A DNA stretch of 63,723 nt, the filler included, from Reclinomonas americana ATCC 50394 (lineage: Eukaryota): the NCBI GenBank assembly GCA_048213135.1. It is 5 parts of 3 records of this genome, joined end to end, with 100 filler letters (N's around TTAATTAATTAA, not from the genome) between each part and the next. Parts side by side here need not be neighbours in the genome. Positions count along the whole stretch, not along the records: positions 58,193 to 63,723 come from PS015147.1; 4 more parts are not named here. One strand, given 5' to 3'. The notes beneath the pieces were generated by a model. The model was not told the DNA's origin and did not search any database. It saw only the letters and a program-made list of their open reading frames with translations. This document shows positions 63,153-63,723 of the stretch, in pieces; the first letter of the stretch is position 1, and each line of letters begins with the position of its first letter. The position numbers and the translations under genes were made by a program.

Positions 63153-63723
63153 TCAGCACCAAAAAAGGACGACCTCGGCATCTTCGACGATGAAACAGCG
63201 CAGAACCAGCTCAGGAAGGCATCGTGAATCTACTTCCTCCTCCAGCATCTCCTGCATAGCATGCATGGCCGACCGCGTGGCGTCGAGTTCGAGACGAGCG
63301 AGGCCACGCGGCGTGGACCACACTCGCACGGTCTTGTCGTATACGTAGCCGTCGGCACTCACAATGTGGAGACCATTGGGAGAGACGGCCACACACGACA
63401 CCCATCCAGTGTGTCCCTCCAACCGTCGTACTTCCTCGCCACTTGTCAGAGACCACACCCGAATTGTGCTGTCCCCACTCCCACTGATGATGTGCTGACC
63501 ATCAGAAGTGACGGCGACAGACCACACCGCACCAGTGTGTCCCTCCAATCGTCGCACTTGGTCTCCACTCGCCAGCATCCATACTCGCACGGTGTTGTCC
63601 CCACTCCCACCCACAATGTAATGACCATCGGGAGTGACAGCGACAGACATCACCCAGTTAGTGTGTCCTTCCAACCGTCGTACCTCCTCCCCACTCGCCA
63701 GAGACCACACTCGCACTGTGTTC
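63153..63723 (-). CDS. WD40-family gene, 3' part (runs off the window)
   Basis: Three repeats plus the tail RGLARLELDATRSAM...RCLPELVLRCFIVEDAEVVLFWC*. Its 3' flank is homologous to that of 59942. Confidence 0.9.
   Translation of the reverse strand, partial: NTVRVWSLASGEEVRRLEGHTNWVMSVAVTPDGHYIVGGSGDNTVRVWMLASGDQVRRLEGHTGAVWSVAVTSDGQHIISGSGDSTIRVWSLTSGEEVRRLEGHTGWVSCVAVSPNGLHIVSADGYVYDKTVRVWSTPRGLARLELDATRSAMHAMQEMLEEEVDSRCLPELVLRCFIVEDAEVVLFWC

Overview
Intron-dense, GC-rich nuclear DNA from a eukaryote, probably a flagellated protist: it carries the axonemal genes CFAP100 and LRRC43-like, plus a mitochondrial-type LYR protein. It uses the standard genetic code, and most introns are about 60-120 nt. 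The assembly is a gapped draft with artificial N44-TTAATTAATTAA-N44 joins and at least three small contigs that appear flipped, splitting EF2, CFAP100 and a WD40 gene across strands. Housekeeping genes include UBA5, eEF2, an LYR protein, a PH/coiled-coil protein and an FkbM-type methyltransferase. The recognition-type genes are an NLR-like NACHT-pentapeptide-WD40 gene, a family of stand-alone 42-aa WD40 repeat genes with hypervariable positions and a shared uncharacterised C-terminal tail, secreted STIG1-like Cys-rich repeat proteins, and a large NHL/FN3-REJ-GPS receptor. The most striking signal from reading the sequence is a recurrent atypical 5' splice-site class, GT-TGCG (C at +5, G at +6). 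I traced 18 introns with this donor by hand, and also found two GC-AG introns. All gene models were spliced by hand and are unverified by transcripts.
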